Shown in pieces: positions 17,731 to 26,364 of a DNA stretch of 33,259 nt (position 1 is its first letter; each line of letters starts with the position of its first letter). The position numbers and the translations under genes are program-made. This stretch comes from an uncultured Roseivirgaceae bacterium (lineage in GTDB: Bacteria; Bacteroidota; Bacteroidia; Cytophagales; Cyclobacteriaceae): contig CAYNIH010000001.1 in assembly GCA_964397115.1 (NCBI GenBank), forward strand, positions 1 through 33,259, given 5' to 3'. Below the pieces are notes generated by a model. That model saw only the letters and a program-made list of their open reading frames with translations. It did not search any database and was not told where the DNA came from.

Positions 17731-18965
17731 TTCTTCTTCTTTTTCCTGGTCTTGGTGGTTTCTTTGTCTTCAACTGGTTGAGTTCTTAATTCAATTGCCT
17801 GCAATTTTACCTGATATGTTTGTAAAAGTCTCTCCTTTTCTGCCAGCTGATCGTTAAGCTGTTTTAATTTATCCTGGTAATCGCGTTCAGTCTTACCGTC
17901 CAGTCTTCGTTTCAGCACCATGATTCGCCTGAACGATTCATCTATCCGTGAAGCGGGTATGGTTCCGTCAAGAACGAAGTTACGAATTATCCCATGCACT
18001 TTGTCAACGGTGCGTTCCTGGCTTCCCTGAATGTTGTTGGTAAAGCACAGGATATCCACTCCGGCCAGGATGGCCAGTTTTATGGATTCCTCGAACGAAT
18101 AGTGCTTTGCAATAGCGTGCATCTGCATATCATCCGTAAAAACAACCCCGTTAAACCCAAGACCCCTGCGTAACAACCCATCAATAATGCGGGGCGACAG
18201 GGTTGCGGGCAGTTTATTCTGGTCGAGCCGTCCGTTAACAATGTGTGCAGTCATCACGGCATCAGCCAATCCCTCCTGCATAAGTTTGATGTATGGCGTG
18301 AGTTCTGCCTCTGTCCAGGTAGCGGTAACCTCTGTCAGGTCCAGGTGTGTGTCGTTCAATGAACTGCCGTGCCCGGGAAAATGCTTTAAGGCGGTAAGCA
18401 CACCCAGCCGGTTATGCTCGCGAATAAAAGCCTGGGCGTACAGCGCAACCGAATCGGCATTTTTTGAAAAGGCCCGCTCTACTTTTGCGATAATGGGGTT
18501 ATCAGGGTTCGATGCCAAATCAACAACCGGGGCAAAATTCAGGTTGATACCCAGGCCGGCCAGCGTGGCCGCGGTAACCTCACTGTAAAACTTTACTGAA
18601 TCAAGTGGCGATTGGCCTAACCTTGCTGCTGAAACCGATCGGGGAAACCCGTATTTCTCTTTAAGCCGGTTAACGCGCCCTCCTTCCTGATCAATGGCAA
18701 TGAACAAGGGTATGGGCGCAGCGTGCTGGTACGTCCAGGTAATTTTTTTCAAGGCATGGTAAGAATTTTTTGCCGGGATATTCTTTTCAAAAATGATGAT
18801 GGACCCCACCTTGCCCTGCCGTACTGACTCAAGCAGCAGCGGATCGACTTCGGCTTTCGGAAATCCGGTTAATATCATCTGCCCGATTTTAATATCCAGG
18901 CTGTCTTGTGCCCATGCGCCACTACTGATGGCCAGCAACAGAATGATTAATCTGTTTTTCATCAT
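17727..18965 (-). CDS. Exported glycoside hydrolase family 3 (beta-N-acetylhexosaminidase, NagZ-like) with C-terminal coiled-coil/poly-Lys tail
   Basis: It has the signal peptide MMKNRLIILLLAISSGAWA. It also has GH3 N-domain motifs (IDQEGGRV, KHFPGHG, FTDDMQM). The last roughly 65 aa are heptad-rich and end in TRKKKKK. Confidence 0.85.
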   Translation of the reverse strand: MMKNRLIILLLAISSGAWAQDSLDIKIGQMILTGFPKAEVDPLLLESVRQGKVGSIIIFEKNIPAKNSYHALKKITWTYQHAAPIPLFIAIDQEGGRVNRLKEKYGFPRSVSAARLGQSPLDSVKFYSEVTAATLAGLGINLNFAPVVDLASNPDNPIIAKVERAFSKNADSVALYAQAFIREHNRLGVLTALKHFPGHGSSLNDTHLDLTEVTATWTEAELTPYIKLMQEGLADAVMTAHIVNGRLDQNKLPATLSPRIIDGLLRRGLGFNGVVFTDDMQMHAIAKHYSFEESIKLAILAGVDILCFTNNIQGSQERTVDKVHGIIRNFVLDGTIPASRIDESFRRIMVLKRRLDGKTERDYQDKLKQLNDQLAEKERLLQTYQVKLQAIELRTQPVEDKETTKTRKKKKK

Positions 18966-20266
18966 TAATAATTGTCACGAATCTGTTTCAGAATGACTTC
19001 CATTTGCCTGCGCACATCACCAACCGGTGCGGTAAAGTTACTGTTCATAAAACTGAAAATAAGGGTTTGGCCTTTTTTGGTGATAAGGTACCCGCTTAAT
19101 GAATGATGGTTACTCAATGTGCCAGTTTTTCCGTAAAGGTAGGGTACATCGGCCTTGTACCAGTTCCTGAGTGTTCCTGTTTTGCCGCCAATGGCCAGTA
19201 AACTGAAAAGCCGCCCGCGGTCTACCTCCGCATAAATCTTCTCCCACAACGTTACGATGCTCCGCGGGGTAAACAAATTGTAGCGCGATAACCCCGACCC
19301 GTCAACCCATACGGGTTTGTCTGGCAAATCGGCCAGGTGGTTCGTTTGCATGTAGCGAATGGCCGGTTCGGGTTGCAACGTGTCGCTTACTGCCTGACCA
19401 CACATTAACAATAATTGCTCGGCAATAAAATTATCGCTTTGCTGCATCATGGTTTTCAGCAAACTGTCGGTGGGTACCGAGGGCAATGTTTTTTTTGCAG
19501 CCCCCATTGGGATGGGTTTGTTTAGTAAACGCACCGTCCGTTTCAGGGTATCGCTCAACAAATCGGCCACCAGTACCGGATTGGGTTTAAACGGCACTTC
19601 CCACTTTTCGACCGGTCGCTGAACTTTACCCGGAAAAAAGTCGATCCGGTTAGAGCCGATTTCGCGCAGGATTTCAGAACGCTGAGTGCTATCGGCCAGC
19701 CAGAAATATTTTTTAAAGTACCCCGGTGTTACGGTAAGGCCTTTGTGTGCATTGCGGTAAACCGTAAAGAAATTTCCGTAGATCGGAAAAGCCGATCGTT
19801 CAACCGAATAACTGTACTGGTAATCGCTCCACGCCCAGCCCGGCCCCAGGGGAGTTGTGTTAAAATTGTTTTCAGCATAATAAATATCCTTGCGGGTGCT
19901 TTTTAAAAATTCATATACCATGGAATTGAAAAAGGTGTAAGGATACAGGAAGGACGGATCGCCTGTACCTGAGATAATTACTGAATCTCCGCGCTCCAGG
20001 TAGTGCAGCCCCGGCACGGAATCGCCCAACAACGTGAGGGCCGCATAGAGGGTAAAAATTTTCGTGTTGGATGCAGGCGTAAAATACCGGTCACCGTTAT
20101 AGGTAAACAGTGTCTTTCTTTGGGCCGGATCATACAGCACAAAGCCTGCATGATGCTGAAATTTTTGTTCGGTGGTTCGAAAGGTTTTGGTGAGTTGTTG
20201 TTTCGATACGGGTGAGCATCCGGCAGCAAGCCAAACCAGTAAAGAAATAATTGCCGGTACCCTCAT
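18965..20266 (-). CDS. dacB: D-alanyl-D-alanine carboxypeptidase/endopeptidase (PBP4, peptidase S13) lipoprotein
   Basis: It has the lipobox LAAGC, SxxK (ASNTK), SxN (QSDNFIAEQL) and KTG (GKTGTL) motifs in PBP4 order. The last base of its TAA stop is shared with the GH3 ATG. Confidence 0.85.
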   Translation of the reverse strand: MRVPAIISLLVWLAAGCSPVSKQQLTKTFRTTEQKFQHHAGFVLYDPAQRKTLFTYNGDRYFTPASNTKIFTLYAALTLLGDSVPGLHYLERGDSVIISGTGDPSFLYPYTFFNSMVYEFLKSTRKDIYYAENNFNTTPLGPGWAWSDYQYSYSVERSAFPIYGNFFTVYRNAHKGLTVTPGYFKKYFWLADSTQRSEILREIGSNRIDFFPGKVQRPVEKWEVPFKPNPVLVADLLSDTLKRTVRLLNKPIPMGAAKKTLPSVPTDSLLKTMMQQSDNFIAEQLLLMCGQAVSDTLQPEPAIRYMQTNHLADLPDKPVWVDGSGLSRYNLFTPRSIVTLWEKIYAEVDRGRLFSLLAIGGKTGTLRNWYKADVPYLYGKTGTLSNHHSLSGYLITKKGQTLIFSFMNSNFTAPVGDVRRQMEVILKQIRDNY

Positions 20267-20779
20267 TTACAGGTAACGTTCAATCAGGATGTTGCGGTGG
20301 TGCACCTCATGACCGGCAATGATGTACCCCAGGTTGATCACGGAAACCATGTTGTTATTGGCTTTGCCACAACGGGAAAGCATTTCAGGGGTGAAACTTT
20401 CAAACAAATCAATGGTGGTTAGGCGAAGCCTGTTGAATTCATCGGCAAGCTGGCTGAGCGTACGGCTGTGGGCATTGGCATTTGGGGCATAATTCTTTTC
20501 ATCGAAACCCGCGAGTTCGGTTTGATCGTTTCGAGCAAAGCGAAGGGCGCGGTATGCAAAAACACGTTCGGCATCCAGCATGTGGCAGAGCAATTCTTTA
20601 ATGCTCCATTTACCTGGCGCATAGCGGTATTCGCCCTTCGATTCGGGTATCGAGTGGATAAGGGACCTCGTTTCACTGATGCTGGTACGGAGCGCATCCA
20701 TGAGGTTTTGGTTGCTGACATGTGCCACATAGCCCTGGTAAAATGCCGGCAGAGTAGCGGGGTCGGGTGAAGTCTTCAT
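20267..20779 (-). CDS. DinB family protein
   Basis: It has the typical DinB pattern (KWSIKELLCHMLDAERVF ... IAGHEVHHRNIL). Its stop abuts the dacB start with zero gap. Confidence 0.8.
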   Translation of the reverse strand: MKTSPDPATLPAFYQGYVAHVSNQNLMDALRTSISETRSLIHSIPESKGEYRYAPGKWSIKELLCHMLDAERVFAYRALRFARNDQTELAGFDEKNYAPNANAHSRTLSQLADEFNRLRLTTIDLFESFTPEMLSRCGKANNNMVSVINLGYIIAGHEVHHRNILIERYL

Positions 20780-20817
20780 GCCTGAAAATAAGTAAAATCC
20801 TTTATCCGTAAATCAAA

Positions 20818-23457
20818 TTATCCTCCCATTCGCTTTTCAATGGAGCGCAGCATGAACCTGCGGAGAAAACCCTCTATCGGAAGAATAACAAACGCAATGC
20901 CCACCTGAATGACAAAGTCCACCACCGGGCCGCCTTCGGTATCCAATGTAGATCCGGCCACGGTTTGAATAAACTCTATCAGGATGATGATGGAGAGCAG
21001 GGAAAGAACCCGGCTTACGAACCGATACCGGTTGCTAAGTTGAAAGGACGCAAACACCAGCAACGTAAATACAGCGAACTCCATTGCATAGAACCAAGGG
21101 CGTTTCCAGTAAGGCGGCAATACCCTGATGCGCACGGGTTCCATGTCGGTTATTCTTCCAAAAATGTCTTTTGATTGGACGGCCAGTGAATAATCTCCTG
21201 ACGGCAGGTAGGGAAAGTCAATGCGGCTGTTGGATGCCGACCAATCCGACCAGGCTTCATTTAATCCAAGCAACCGGTACCGGTATTCAACGGCATGCCC
21301 GCTGAGGTAATCGGGCTTTACCACTTCCACGCGAACGGAATTGTTGTCCTGCTCCAGCTTAAGAAAGCTGGCCCGCGTTACCGTTGAGTTGTTTTGTTCA
21401 ATCCACCTGACAAGCAGCGGGTAGGAGGTTTCAACGGGCAGTATCCGGCCGGTGTTAAAATAAACCAGTTCGTTTGAGCCGGTAATGATCCACAGGTTTT
21501 CTCCGGGTTCATCCCTGGTAATAAAGCGGATGTCGGGAAGGAGGTTGAGCAGCCTGATTTTCTGCTGATCGGTTTTACCCAGCGCATACCAGTTGTGTTC
21601 ATCGCGAATCCACATCGTACCCGGACCGGCAAAGAAGGCGAGCGGACGATCCAGCGAATCGGCTTTAATCAATTGTTGGGTTTCAGGATTAAACTGATAA
21701 AAGCCTGATGCCGTTCCGAACACCACCGTTCCGTTGCTAACCATCCCCACTATCCGCTCGTAGTCGGGTGCTTTGATTTCAATGGCCTGTACCTCATCTT
21801 GTCGGGCAACGGGCAGGCGATAAACTTTTTCAATTCCGCAAAGCCATACGGCAACACCGGGTTCTTCAAAAATGTAACCAACCGGATTGTCAATCCCGGT
21901 AAGCATTCCTTCTTCCTTCCATTCATTTTTTATCAGTCCGATTCGATGCAACTTATCATCATAGGTTGATAACAGCAGTGAAGAAAAATTATCGGAAGCA
22001 AAAAGACACCTGATGGGATCATCAATAATAGAACTAACGGATGTACCCCTCACTTCAAATGCACCACTAAGCCCTGAAGCGATTAGCCGGTCCTTCCAAA
22101 CGATCAGATCAGTAACTTTGGAATCAATCCCATTAATTCGCTTATACACATAATGAGATGACCGGAGGATACGCCTGGTACGCTTTTCCTTTTTATATAC
22201 TACTTTCGGAGTGGTGGCGGGTTGCTTCAACTGCGTTGTGGCCGGCTGCGTTTTTTTTCTTCGGAGGAAGCCAAAGATGCCTCCTTTTTCTTTTTGCCCC
22301 TGTTTTAGTTCGTTGGGTGGCGTATTCGCATCCGGTTTTTTACTGTGTTGCGCAGTAGCTTGGTTAACGGGAACATCTACATAATACACCAGTTCATCAT
22401 AAAAGTCTTCGCGCTCAAGTGCGTACAAACCCAGCGAAGTACCAACATACACCTTGCCCCGAAAATTTTTTGCGCACAATAAATTGCCCTGAAGGCCCTG
22501 ATAATACCTGAATGAGCGAAACGGCAGGAAGGGCGCAATCCGCGTAAAGCCGTATGCATGGGCTACCCAGATGTTTTGGTTTTTATCGCTTGTTATCGAA
22601 TATATTTCATTGTCGGGCAGGCCGGTTGAATAATTTATGATTTGCTCGGTAGTGCCGGTTTTCGGATTGATAAACAACACGCCTCCCCGAAGCGTCCCCA
22701 GTGCCACCAGGTCGGCCGTAACCCAGGTAGCGTTTACAATTACGCTTGCACCGGCATATGCCGCATCGGCCAGAACAATTTCGCGGGGTTTCAGGTTCTT
22801 TCCGCACAAGTAAATTCGGCTATCGGTTGTTCCCAGCAGATACGTATCGCCATACCGATGGGCAAAGAGCAGGGCGGTGCTTTCTTCTTTGAAAAGGGTA
22901 CTTGTGCTCCGTAGGTTTTCCAACACATGGGTTCTGTCCTCTTCCGAGCTTACCAAGACGGTGCCAAACAGTTCGTTAAGCGCAATCCATCCGGTTTCAT
23001 CCGAAGCCTGCCGGGTAACACTGTCACCTGCATAACGAAAAACATGGCGATCGTTCAAAAAATAAAGCCGATCGGCATTGCCGGTTAACTGAAAAGAAAA
23101 GGCAGCCTCCGGTTCTTCGTAGATGGGCTGATACGTTTCAAGACCATTGTTGTTAAGAGTAATTTTGCCAAAGCCCTTTGACCCTGCTACATACAGCAGG
23201 TTGTCGTTAATCAGTTTAAGGGCATAGGCTGCCCCGCTGGTTTTTATCTGGTCCCAGTTGCGGCCGTCAAAGCGGAGGACTCCGCGTGCCGTGGCAAAGT
23301 AGAACAACCCGCGGCTGTCCTGCACGATATCATAACATGTATTATTAAACCTGCCCTGGTCAGGCGAAAAGTGCGAAAGGAAATAGCTGCCTGGTTGAGC
23401 CAGCGCGAGTACTGACAGCAGCACCCCACACAACGAAAGCCTCAACTTCTTAGCCAT
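20818..23457 (-). CDS. Two-component-regulator propeller (Reg_prop) + Y_Y_Y domain membrane protein lacking any output domain
   Basis: It has an N-terminal signal/anchor (LCGVLLSVLALAQ) and repeated propeller-blade-like segments (DSRGLFYFATARGVLRFDG, DKNQNIWVAHAYGFTRI). A Y_Y_Y-like module follows (VEYRYRLLGLNEAWSDWS...GDYSLAVQSKD...PPYWKRPWFY). Three C-terminal TM helices come next, and the protein ends about 20 aa later. Confidence 0.75.
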   Translation of the reverse strand: MAKKLRLSLCGVLLSVLALAQPGSYFLSHFSPDQGRFNNTCYDIVQDSRGLFYFATARGVLRFDGRNWDQIKTSGAAYALKLINDNLLYVAGSKGFGKITLNNNGLETYQPIYEEPEAAFSFQLTGNADRLYFLNDRHVFRYAGDSVTRQASDETGWIALNELFGTVLVSSEEDRTHVLENLRSTSTLFKEESTALLFAHRYGDTYLLGTTDSRIYLCGKNLKPREIVLADAAYAGASVIVNATWVTADLVALGTLRGGVLFINPKTGTTEQIINYSTGLPDNEIYSITSDKNQNIWVAHAYGFTRIAPFLPFRSFRYYQGLQGNLLCAKNFRGKVYVGTSLGLYALEREDFYDELVYYVDVPVNQATAQHSKKPDANTPPNELKQGQKEKGGIFGFLRRKKTQPATTQLKQPATTPKVVYKKEKRTRRILRSSHYVYKRINGIDSKVTDLIVWKDRLIASGLSGAFEVRGTSVSSIIDDPIRCLFASDNFSSLLLSTYDDKLHRIGLIKNEWKEEGMLTGIDNPVGYIFEEPGVAVWLCGIEKVYRLPVARQDEVQAIEIKAPDYERIVGMVSNGTVVFGTASGFYQFNPETQQLIKADSLDRPLAFFAGPGTMWIRDEHNWYALGKTDQQKIRLLNLLPDIRFITRDEPGENLWIITGSNELVYFNTGRILPVETSYPLLVRWIEQNNSTVTRASFLKLEQDNNSVRVEVVKPDYLSGHAVEYRYRLLGLNEAWSDWSASNSRIDFPYLPSGDYSLAVQSKDIFGRITDMEPVRIRVLPPYWKRPWFYAMEFAVFTLLVFASFQLSNRYRFVSRVLSLLSIIILIEFIQTVAGSTLDTEGGPVVDFVIQVGIAFVILPIEGFLRRFMLRSIEKRMGG

Positions 23458-23489
23458 ACGGGAAAATCAAAGTTAAAAAATCCGCCCAT

Positions 23490-25595
23490 TCAGCCGATGC
23501 GGCTCCAGTTGGTGGCGCTACGCTGAAACAATTCAACCTGGTTTCGGATCAATGCATTTTCAGGCTTCTCCAATCCGGGGTCATCGGTTAACAAGGCAAG
23601 GGCCTCCTCGCGGGCAGTTTGAAGCAACTTGCCATCTTTGCTCAGGTCGGCTATCAGTAAGTCAAGGATACCGCTTTGCTGAGTACCCATCAAATCACCG
23701 GGGCCACGCAGTTGCAAGTCCACCTCGGCAATTTCAAAACCATTGTTGGTGCGCACCATAGTTTGGATGCGCTTCTTTGATTCGGCCGTCAGTTTGAAGC
23801 TTGTCATCAAAATGCAGTACGACTGGTCGGCACCCCGGCCTACCCTTCCGCGCAACTGGTGGAGTTGCGAGAGGCCGAAGCGTTCGGCATTTTCGATAAC
23901 CATTACCGAGGCATTGGGAACATCTACGCCAACCTCAATCACCGTAGTGGCCACCATGATTTTCGTTTCTCCCTTCACAAAGCGCCTCATTTCATACTCT
24001 TTTGCTTCAGGTTTCATCTTACCGTGTACAATGCTGACGGGCACTTCCGGAAAAGCGCGGCATACACTTTCGTAGCCATCCATCAGGTGCTTAAGGTCCA
24101 GTTTTTCAGATTCTTCTATCAGTGGGTAAACAATGTACACCTGCCGCCCTTCATCAATCTGTTCTTTTAAAAAGCCGTTTACCTGCAGGCGGTGCGAATC
24201 AAATTTGTGAATGGTTTTAACGGGCCTCCTTCCGGCAGGCAACTGATCAATAACCGAAACATCTAAATCGCCATACAAGGTCATTGCCAGTGTTCGGGGA
24301 ATGGGTGTGGCCGTCATCACCAGCACATGGGGTAGCAGGTCGGCATTTTTGCCCCACAGTTTTGATCGCTGCGCTACCCCAAAGCGGTGCTGCTCATCAA
24401 TAACGGCCAAGCCAAGTTTATTGAATTTTACCTCTTCTTCAATAAGTGCATGGGTTCCGATAAGTATGTTGAGTGCTCCGTTTTGCAGGTTCTCATTAAT
24501 GACCTTGCGCTCGCTCTTTCTTGTAGAGCCGGTAAGCAGCGCAACCGACAGGCCCATTTGGTCGGCAAAGCGCTTCAGGTTGGCGTAGTGCTGCTGAGCA
24601 AGTATTTCGGTGGGGGCCATCAGGGCACATTGCGCGCCTCCGCCAATGGCAACCAGCATGCACACAAATGCTACAATAGTTTTTCCGCTACCCACATCGC
24701 CCTGAAGTAGCCGGTTCATCTGCTTTCCGGATTTCATGTCGGTATAGATTTCACGGATAACTTTTTTCTGGGCATCCGTTAACGGATAAGGGAGGAATTG
24801 ATTGTAAAACCGGGTGAGCAGGGTTACATCGGTGAAGGCATACCCCCGTGATTTCTCCTGCCGGACGAGTTTCAGTTTCAGCAGGCGCAACTGAATGTAA
24901 AACAACTCTTCAAATTTCAGGCGGTGGGTTGCCTTTTTCAGCAGATCGTGTGTTTGTGGAAAATGAATATTAATTAATGCCGTGCGTTTATCCACCAGGT
25001 TATGCCGGCTGAGCAGCCGCTCGGGAAGTGTTTCGCGTATCTTGTCTTTTGCCAGCACCAGCAACTCGCGCTGCAATTTAGACATGGCCTTGCTGTCGAA
25101 ATACTTTGCACGCAGTTTTTCGGTTAACGGGTACACCGGCTGAAGGTACCCGGTTTTGGTATTGCCTTCCGTTTGGGGTTCAAACTCGGGATGGGCCATG
25201 CTGAATTTTTTTCCATAGCGAACAGGTGCACCAAACACTACATACTGCACCCCCGGCTTCAGTTTTTCACTGACCCAGCGGATTCCCTGAAACCACACCA
25301 ACTCCATGGTGCCGGTTTCGTCTTCGGCATGCGCTACCAATCTTTTTTTTTTGCCGGCACCTGTTATCTCCTTCCCTATTACCCTGACGACCAATTGCAC
25401 GGCCGGCATGTTTTCGGTAAGCTCGGCAATTTTGTAAAACCGTGTCCGGTCTTCATAGCGAAACGGGTAGTGCTGCAGCAGGTCGCTAAAAGTAAAAATG
25501 CTCAACTCCTTGTTCAGCAAGGCAGCTCGCTGAGGACCAACGCCCTTCAGGTATTCAATGGGAGTATCAAAGAACCGTTTGATAACTGGCTGCAT
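23490..25595 (-). CDS. recG: ATP-dependent DNA helicase RecG
   Basis: It has the N-terminal wedge region (IEYLKGVGPQRAALL). It also has Walker A (GDVGSGKT), DEQH, the TATPIPRT motif and the C-terminal QLRGRVGRG/TRG motif in RecG order. It is 701 aa long. Confidence 0.95.
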   Translation of the reverse strand: MQPVIKRFFDTPIEYLKGVGPQRAALLNKELSIFTFSDLLQHYPFRYEDRTRFYKIAELTENMPAVQLVVRVIGKEITGAGKKKRLVAHAEDETGTMELVWFQGIRWVSEKLKPGVQYVVFGAPVRYGKKFSMAHPEFEPQTEGNTKTGYLQPVYPLTEKLRAKYFDSKAMSKLQRELLVLAKDKIRETLPERLLSRHNLVDKRTALINIHFPQTHDLLKKATHRLKFEELFYIQLRLLKLKLVRQEKSRGYAFTDVTLLTRFYNQFLPYPLTDAQKKVIREIYTDMKSGKQMNRLLQGDVGSGKTIVAFVCMLVAIGGGAQCALMAPTEILAQQHYANLKRFADQMGLSVALLTGSTRKSERKVINENLQNGALNILIGTHALIEEEVKFNKLGLAVIDEQHRFGVAQRSKLWGKNADLLPHVLVMTATPIPRTLAMTLYGDLDVSVIDQLPAGRRPVKTIHKFDSHRLQVNGFLKEQIDEGRQVYIVYPLIEESEKLDLKHLMDGYESVCRAFPEVPVSIVHGKMKPEAKEYEMRRFVKGETKIMVATTVIEVGVDVPNASVMVIENAERFGLSQLHQLRGRVGRGADQSYCILMTSFKLTAESKKRIQTMVRTNNGFEIAEVDLQLRGPGDLMGTQQSGILDLLIADLSKDGKLLQTAREEALALLTDDPGLEKPENALIRNQVELFQRSATNWSRIG

Positions 25596-25702
25596 AGCCC
25601 AATTTAACGGAAAGTTAATGGAGAACTGTCATTAAACCGCAGCGCGGTATTTAAGTCTATTTACCTGGTTACTATTTTTGAAGTTCGTTAATTCATCAAC
25701 AC

Positions 25703-25972
25703 ATGAAAGTTGGCTGTCAATCATATCGCGGAATTGAGTTTGTGTGTTATGACGACCTTCCTTTAAACCAGCAGATTCTTCTCAACGCTGCACCCGAAAG
25801 CCTGGAACGGATAAAAATACTTATCCACAACAAGACCGTAGCAAACTGTATCCTGTACAAAGATTATGAGCAATGGTTCCATTCCGTTTACAGACGTTCG
25901 GCAGTACCCGCGCAAAATGCTGCAAGCCCGCTGGAAATGAAGCCCGTAACCCTGGCATTTGACCAGGCCTAA
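25703..25972 (+). CDS. Hypothetical small protein (89 aa)
   Basis: It is the only sizeable ORF in the interval, and its stop overlaps the end of the convergent VOC gene by 4 nt. I recognise no family. It contains a perfect DnaA-box 9-mer (25821-25829), so coding status is uncertain. Confidence 0.4.
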   Translation: MKVGCQSYRGIEFVCYDDLPLNQQILLNAAPESLERIKILIHNKTVANCILYKDYEQWFHSVYRRSAVPAQNAASPLEMKPVTLAFDQA

Positions 25973-26364
25973 TCCGGCCAGATGCCTTTGTCAGGTACTA
26001 TTTCCAGCACGTTGCCCTCTGAATCTTCGAAATAGAACGACTCCTTTCCGCTTTCCCAAATTACCTTGTCGGTTATTTGTATTCCTTTCGCGACAATCCA
26101 GGCTTTAGTTCGCTCATACTCCGCCTCGTTAACCTCAAAGGCCAGATGCTGTTTTCCGCCACCATAATGTGGCGGTGGACTTTTCTTTGTTTTTGAGTCA
26201 TCCGGATTGAAGAGCAGCAACACCGAACTTCCTGCTCTGAAAAAAACATGTTTGCCGGGCAAGTAGCCAATCAGTGGAAGTTCAAGAATTGCCTCGTAGA
26301 AGTTCCTGGCGCGTTCCAGGTCGTGAACATACAAGCAAGTTTCTTTAATTTTTTTAAAGTTCAT
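25969..26364 (-). CDS. VOC (glyoxalase/bleomycin-resistance/dioxygenase) family protein
   Basis: The start is taken at MNFKKIKETCLYVHD (26364), which overlaps the upstream stop as ATGA. It has the paired beta-alpha-beta-beta-beta motif with HLAFEV and FYFEDSEGNVLEI. Confidence 0.8.
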   Translation of the reverse strand: MNFKKIKETCLYVHDLERARNFYEAILELPLIGYLPGKHVFFRAGSSVLLLFNPDDSKTKKSPPPHYGGGKQHLAFEVNEAEYERTKAWIVAKGIQITDKVIWESGKESFYFEDSEGNVLEIVPDKGIWPD

